From the NCBI RefSeq assembly GCF_042660085.1, contig NZ_JBHSTI010000006.1, forward strand, positions 1 through 9,694: a DNA stretch of 9,694 nt, read 5' to 3'. The translations under genes were made by a program, and so were the position numbers. Under the pieces are notes generated by a model. That model was not told where the DNA came from, did not search any database, and saw only the letters and a program-made list of their open reading frames with translations. Shown piece by piece: positions 6,107 through 9,694 of the stretch. Numbering within the stretch: position 1 is the stretch's first letter; each line of letters begins with the position of its first letter. The stretch is from Longivirga aurantiaca. GTDB taxonomy: Bacteria; Actinomycetota; Actinomycetes; S36-B12; CAIYMF01.

Positions 6107-6694
6107 GTGGTCACGCTGACGAGGATCTACACGCGGGCAGGGGACGGCGGGCAGACCCGGCTCGGCGACATGAGCCGGGTCAGCAAGCTGGACTCGCGTC
6201 TCCAGGCCTACGCCGATGTCGACGAGGCCAACAGCCACATCGGGCTCGCGATCTCCCTGGGGGGCCTCGGCGGCATGGAACCGGACGTCGCCGATGTGCT
6301 CCGCCAGATCCAGAACGAGCTGTTCGATGTCGGGGCGGACCTGTGCCGGCCCGTCGTCGAGGCGGACTCGGCGCCGCACCTCAGGATCGAGCCCGCCTAC
6401 ATCCAGCGGCTCGAACGGTGGTGCGACACGTTCAACGCACCCCTGCCGGAGCTGAGCTCCTTCGTCCTGCGGGGCGGCACGCCGGCCGGAGCCGCGATCC
6501 ACGTCGCCTGCACGGTGACCCGGCGAGCCGAACGCTCGACGTGGGCGGCGATCGAGGAGCACGGATCAGGTGTGAACGTCCTTGCCGCGAGCTACCTGAA
6601 CCGTCTCAGCGATCTGCTGTTCGTCCTGGCCCGGTACACGAACCGCCACCACGGAGATGTCCTGTGGGAGCCGGGACGAGCCCTGGACCTGTGA
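6107..6694 (+). CDS. PduO-type ATP:cob(I)alamin adenosyltransferase (MMAB-like)
   Basis: 195 aa from GTG 6107, 4 nt after the upstream TAG. The N-terminus VTLTRIYTRAGDGGQTRLGDMSRVSKLDSRLQAYADVDEANSHIG is the classic PduO/MMAB signature. It continues with IQNELFDVGADL, FVLRGGTPAGAAIHVACTVTRRAER and LNRLSDLLFVLAR. Only the last 195 codons of track ORF 4202..6694 are real. Confidence 0.92.
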   Translation: MVTLTRIYTRAGDGGQTRLGDMSRVSKLDSRLQAYADVDEANSHIGLAISLGGLGGMEPDVADVLRQIQNELFDVGADLCRPVVEADSAPHLRIEPAYIQRLERWCDTFNAPLPELSSFVLRGGTPAGAAIHVACTVTRRAERSTWAAIEEHGSGVNVLAASYLNRLSDLLFVLARYTNRHHGDVLWEPGRALDL

Positions 6695-6833
6695 GGCGCC
6701 GGGTCCCGGTCGGCTCGGAGCCGCACCCGACCCGCTTCTCACCCACGGCCCCGACGGCGGGCTTCCGCAGCCGGATCACCTGGCCTGGGCCACCGCCGCG
6801 TGACACCATGCAGAAGGACCTGGGGACGAGGAG

Positions 6834-8705
6834 GTGAGGTCCCTGACGGCAGAGCCGGTGCTCGATGCGATGGCGAGGCCCGGTGCCGCGGACCTCACCG
6901 AGGTCGGGCGCGCCCTGGACCGGGCCGAGCGGCTCCGGTCCGCACTCGCGCAGCTGCTGACCGCTGTGGGGATGAACCTCGAGTTCTCCGAGTTCACGGG
7001 CCGTGCGGTGGAGATCGTCAGGGATGCGGTCGACGCCGATGGAGTCTTCCTGCACCTGTGGGACTCCGAGCGCCAGATGCTGGTCCTGACGGCCGCCACC
7101 GAGGGTGTCGCGAAGGGCTACCTCCATCGGATCGAGGCGCAGCTCGGGCAGGGGCTCAACGGGCTCGCCGCGCTCCGCCAGCAGCCCGTGGTCGTCAATG
7201 CGGCTCCTGCCGACGACCCGCACTTCCGCAGCTTCCCCGAGCTGAACGAGGGCGACTACCAGTCGACCGCCAAGCTGCCGCTGTTCCGCGCGGATCGGAC
7301 TCTCGTCGGGGTGCTCTCGCTCAACGCCCGCACGCCGGGTCGGTTCGGGGACTCCCATCTGGCCGTGGCGACGGAGCTGGCGGGACTGTTCGCGGGACTG
7401 ATCGACTCCGCGTCGACCGGCGGCGCGGTGGCCCGCCGTGCCCGCATGCTCGACACGCTCACCGAGCTCACCGCCTCCCTGGCATCCGCGGGTCCGGCGT
7501 ACGAGGTGCTCGGCAGCGTGACCAATGCGGCCGTGTCCGCCATGGATGCCGACCTGTCCGTCCTGGTGCTCCCCGACCCGGAGACCGGTGAGCTCGCGGT
7601 GCGCTCCGTCGCCCCGTTCAGGTCGGACGTCCTGGACGAGCTGGCGGCGCTGGGGGTTCGTCCAGGCATGTCGGTGCCGCATGCCGAGGCGAGGTCGTCG
7701 CAGCTGCAGGGGTACCTGAAAGGCGACCTCGTCGACCGATTCGGCTTCATGGAGTCTGCGGCCCTCGCCCCCGGTGACGACAGCGCGGGGTTCCTCGCCT
7801 GCTACCGGCGCCGCAGGTTCTGCTCGGAGGATCTCCATCTGCTGTCCGTGATGGCTCATCACGTCGGCCTGGCGCTCATGGACCCGTCCACGCGCTGGGA
7901 CGGACGTGACCAGTCCTGTCGCGTCGTGTTCGAGCGTCTCGCCCGCGGAGTCTTCGATGACGAGACCGCGTCCCTGGCGAGCGGCATGGGTCTTGATCCG
8001 GCCAAGCCGCTGGTGCTGCTACGTGGCCGGCTGGCCGCGTCGGCCACGCCGCGTCGCGACGCCTCGCCCCCGGACATCAGCCGTGCTGTCGAGTCCGTCA
8101 TGTCGATGATCGTCAGCTTCTACCCCGGGTCCCTGACCTACGTGGCCCTCAATCAGATCTACGGACTCATCGAGGTCGCTGACAGCGATGGAGACCGCAG
8201 GCTGCTCAAGCGCCTGGGCGAGCTCTCGGATCGCGCCGGTCAGAGGGGCGTCGTGCTCGAGGCGGGTGTGAGCGGTGTCGTGCCTCACGCGGTCGACATC
8301 CCGCGGGCCTTCCGCGAGTCCAACGACGCGCTGGTGATCGGGGCGAAGGTCGGCGGATCGCGGGTCAATCATTACGAGGACCTCGCCGGCTCCATGCACC
8401 TGTATCGGGTGGCCGTCGACCCGGCCTTCGATCACGACCCGACGGTCTCCCAGCTCCTCCACCTGCTGGAGCACGACCGGAGACGCGGTACCCGGCTGCT
8501 TCCGACGCTCGACGTCTACCTGTCGTCGCGAGGAAACGGCAGCCACGCGGCAGAGGTGCTCGGAATCCATCGGAACACCCTGCGTCAACGTCTCGAACGG
8601 ATCACCGCGATCACGGGACTCGACCTCGATTCGGCCGACGACTGGCTCCCGCTCCAGCTCGCCGTGCGGATCGTGGCCATCCGGCGATCCGCGGCTCAGT
8701 CCTGA
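6834..8705 (+). CDS. Tandem-GAF-domain PucR-family transcriptional regulator
   Basis: 623 aa. There are two GAF-like sensor regions, roughly residues 25-200 and 205-350 (e.g. VFLHLWDSERQMLVLTAA...LPLFRADRTLVGVLSLNA, and LSVLVLPDPETGELAVRS...AGFLACYRRRRFCSEDLHLLSVMAHHVGLAL). A central PucR-type domain follows, then the C-terminal HTH AEVLGIHRNTLRQRLERITAITGLDLDSADDWLPLQLAVRIV. The GTG start overlaps SD-like GAGGAGG, so the exact start is uncertain. Confidence 0.88.
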   Translation: MRSLTAEPVLDAMARPGAADLTEVGRALDRAERLRSALAQLLTAVGMNLEFSEFTGRAVEIVRDAVDADGVFLHLWDSERQMLVLTAATEGVAKGYLHRIEAQLGQGLNGLAALRQQPVVVNAAPADDPHFRSFPELNEGDYQSTAKLPLFRADRTLVGVLSLNARTPGRFGDSHLAVATELAGLFAGLIDSASTGGAVARRARMLDTLTELTASLASAGPAYEVLGSVTNAAVSAMDADLSVLVLPDPETGELAVRSVAPFRSDVLDELAALGVRPGMSVPHAEARSSQLQGYLKGDLVDRFGFMESAALAPGDDSAGFLACYRRRRFCSEDLHLLSVMAHHVGLALMDPSTRWDGRDQSCRVVFERLARGVFDDETASLASGMGLDPAKPLVLLRGRLAASATPRRDASPPDISRAVESVMSMIVSFYPGSLTYVALNQIYGLIEVADSDGDRRLLKRLGELSDRAGQRGVVLEAGVSGVVPHAVDIPRAFRESNDALVIGAKVGGSRVNHYEDLAGSMHLYRVAVDPAFDHDPTVSQLLHLLEHDRRRGTRLLPTLDVYLSSRGNGSHAAEVLGIHRNTLRQRLERITAITGLDLDSADDWLPLQLAVRIVAIRRSAAQS

Positions 8706-8710
8706 TCCAC

Positions 8711-8726
8711 CCCGGGTGCTGCCGGG
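8711..8726. terminator. Weak GC hairpin between convergent genes (possible bidirectional terminator)
   Basis: CCCGG (8711-8715), loop GTGCTG, CCGGG (8722-8726), within the 28-bp gap between stop 8705 (+) and stop 8734 (-). The stem is only 5 bp and there is no U-tract. Confidence 0.2.
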
Positions 8727-8733
8727 TCGGGGG

Positions 8734-9659
8734 TCACCCCTCGTTCCGCCCGCTCTTCGCGAGCCGCAGCTCCCTGACGACGTCGGCGACCATGTGGACC
8801 GATGCGTGATCGAGGATGTTGCCGAACTCCACCACGCGCACGCGTCCCTCGAGCTGGCGGCGCAGCTCAGGCATCTCGCTCGGAACGACGACGAGGTCCA
8901 CCCCCTGAAGATCCTCGTCGGAGGTGCCGCGCAGCACCGAGATGTTCGAGAAGCCAGACTGGGTGAGCGAGTCCCGGATGCTGACCGCCTGCTCCTCGGT
9001 CGAGTAGCAGATGCCCACCGACCGGCTCCGGGGCACCTGGGAGATCTGGACGAGCGTCTGCACGTGGGGTCCCACGACGAGTCCTACGACCTCGGTCCTC
9101 GGCCGACGCATCATCTTGCGCACCTCGGCGAGATGGAAGAACGTCGTCAGGACGAGATCCGGGCTCTCGTCGGCCGGCTCGAAGGCTCCCAGCACGAGCG
9201 GTCGCACCGGAGTGCCGACGTGCGCCTCGATCTCGCTCGCGAAGTACTTGGCCCGGTCGCTGTTGCACTCGACGAAGACGATCTCCAGGTTCCCCGCGTG
9301 CGCCCGGGCGGCGAAGGATACCGCGAGCGAGTGCACCTCGGCGGCGGCCAGTCCGAGCGCCATGCTCTCCGCCACCGCCGACTCCAGCAGGGCTGCCGCG
9401 CGGTCGCCGTCGACCGAGGATGGCTGCGTCCGGTCACCACTGACGACGACCATGCCGTTGCGGCCCTTGGACTCGAGCAGACCCGTGTCTCTGAGCTCTG
9501 CGTAGGCGTGGGCGACGGTGTTCCGGTTGATGTGGAGTTGTCGGCCAGCAGGCGTGCGCTGGGGAGCCGCTCACCCTCCTTGAGCTGGCCCATCTCGATC
9601 ATGAACGCGAGCTGCGACACGATCTGGCGGTAGACAGGCAGGTCGGAGTGGTGCGTCAC
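8734..9659 (-). pseudogene. GntR-family transcriptional regulator with an uncharacterised ~230-aa C-terminal effector domain, interrupted by an apparent 1-nt deletion in the HTH
   Basis: Frame A (9659 downwards) reads MTHHSDLPVYRQIVSQLAFMIEMGQLKEGERLPSARLLAD, then junk. Frame B has a stop at 9571-9573, then reads RQLHINRNTVAHAYAELRDTGLLESKGRNGMVVVSGD... through to 8734. Joining them at about 9540-9542 restores a canonical GntR winged HTH (LPSARLLAD-QLHINRNTVAHAYAELRDTGLLES). The frame stays open upstream of 9659 to the window edge, so the N-terminus could also lie outside the window. Confidence 0.75.
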
Positions 9660-9694
9660 GAAGATGCTGTTGGCAAGGTGGATGCCGTCCTCCA

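Noticed and set aside
4202-6694. 830-aa plus-strand ORF spanning the mutase genes
   Set aside because: It runs out of frame through the large and small mutase subunits, giving Arg/Gly/Pro-rich junk. Only its last 195 codons (6107-6694) are real, forming the PduO-type adenosyltransferase.
6711-6723. Hairpin CGGCT-cgg-AGCCG after the adenosyltransferase stop, as an operon terminator
   Set aside because: It has only a 5-bp stem with a 3-nt loop and no U-tract. That is indistinguishable from chance GC palindromes in this composition.
6606-7862. 418-aa minus-strand ORF
   Set aside because: It is antisense to the end of the adenosyltransferase gene and to the GAF domains of the PucR regulator. 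It is low complexity with no motifs, so it is a shadow ORF.
8716-9633. 305-aa plus-strand ORF
   Set aside because: It is antisense to the GntR-family gene, whose two frames give a canonical HTH and a coherent globular domain. The plus-strand translation is His/Arg/Asp/Leu-rich mirror sequence.

Overview
The window is GC-rich and looks actinobacterial, with strong third-position G/C bias in the real frames. It is almost fully coding. The core is a six-gene, same-strand operon at 1161-6694 (+), with tightly spaced or overlapping genes. In order it encodes: a small hotdog-fold protein resembling aminoacyl-CoA ammonia-lyases (Kal/Acl type); an ANL-family acyl-CoA ligase; a MeaB-type G-protein chaperone; the large and small (B12-binding) subunits of an adenosylcobalamin-dependent acyl-CoA mutase; and a PduO-type ATP:cob(I)alamin adenosyltransferase. 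The mutase pocket residues resemble 2-hydroxyisobutyryl-CoA mutase (HCM), not methylmalonyl- or isobutyryl-CoA mutase. A sigma70-like promoter in an AT-rich island (about 1090-1125) overlaps a 19-bp near-palindrome that may be an operator. Two paralogous PucR-family regulators flank the operon: one is cut by the left window edge (1-860), the other is full length with tandem GAF domains (6834-8705). A convergent GntR-family regulator (8734-9659, minus strand) is split by an apparent 1-nt deletion inside its HTH. The main hypothesis is that ligase, HCM-like mutase and ammonia-lyase-like hotdog protein form an undescribed route for a tertiary-carbon acid: 2-aminoisobutyrate to 2-aminoisobutyryl-CoA to 3-aminobutyryl-CoA to crotonyl-CoA plus ammonia. 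The alternative is a 2-hydroxyisobutyrate pathway variant. All family assignments rest on motifs read by eye and remembered family signatures; no searches were run. Several very long ORFs in the track (950, 830, 534, 418 and 305 aa) are GC-driven shadow frames and are rejected.
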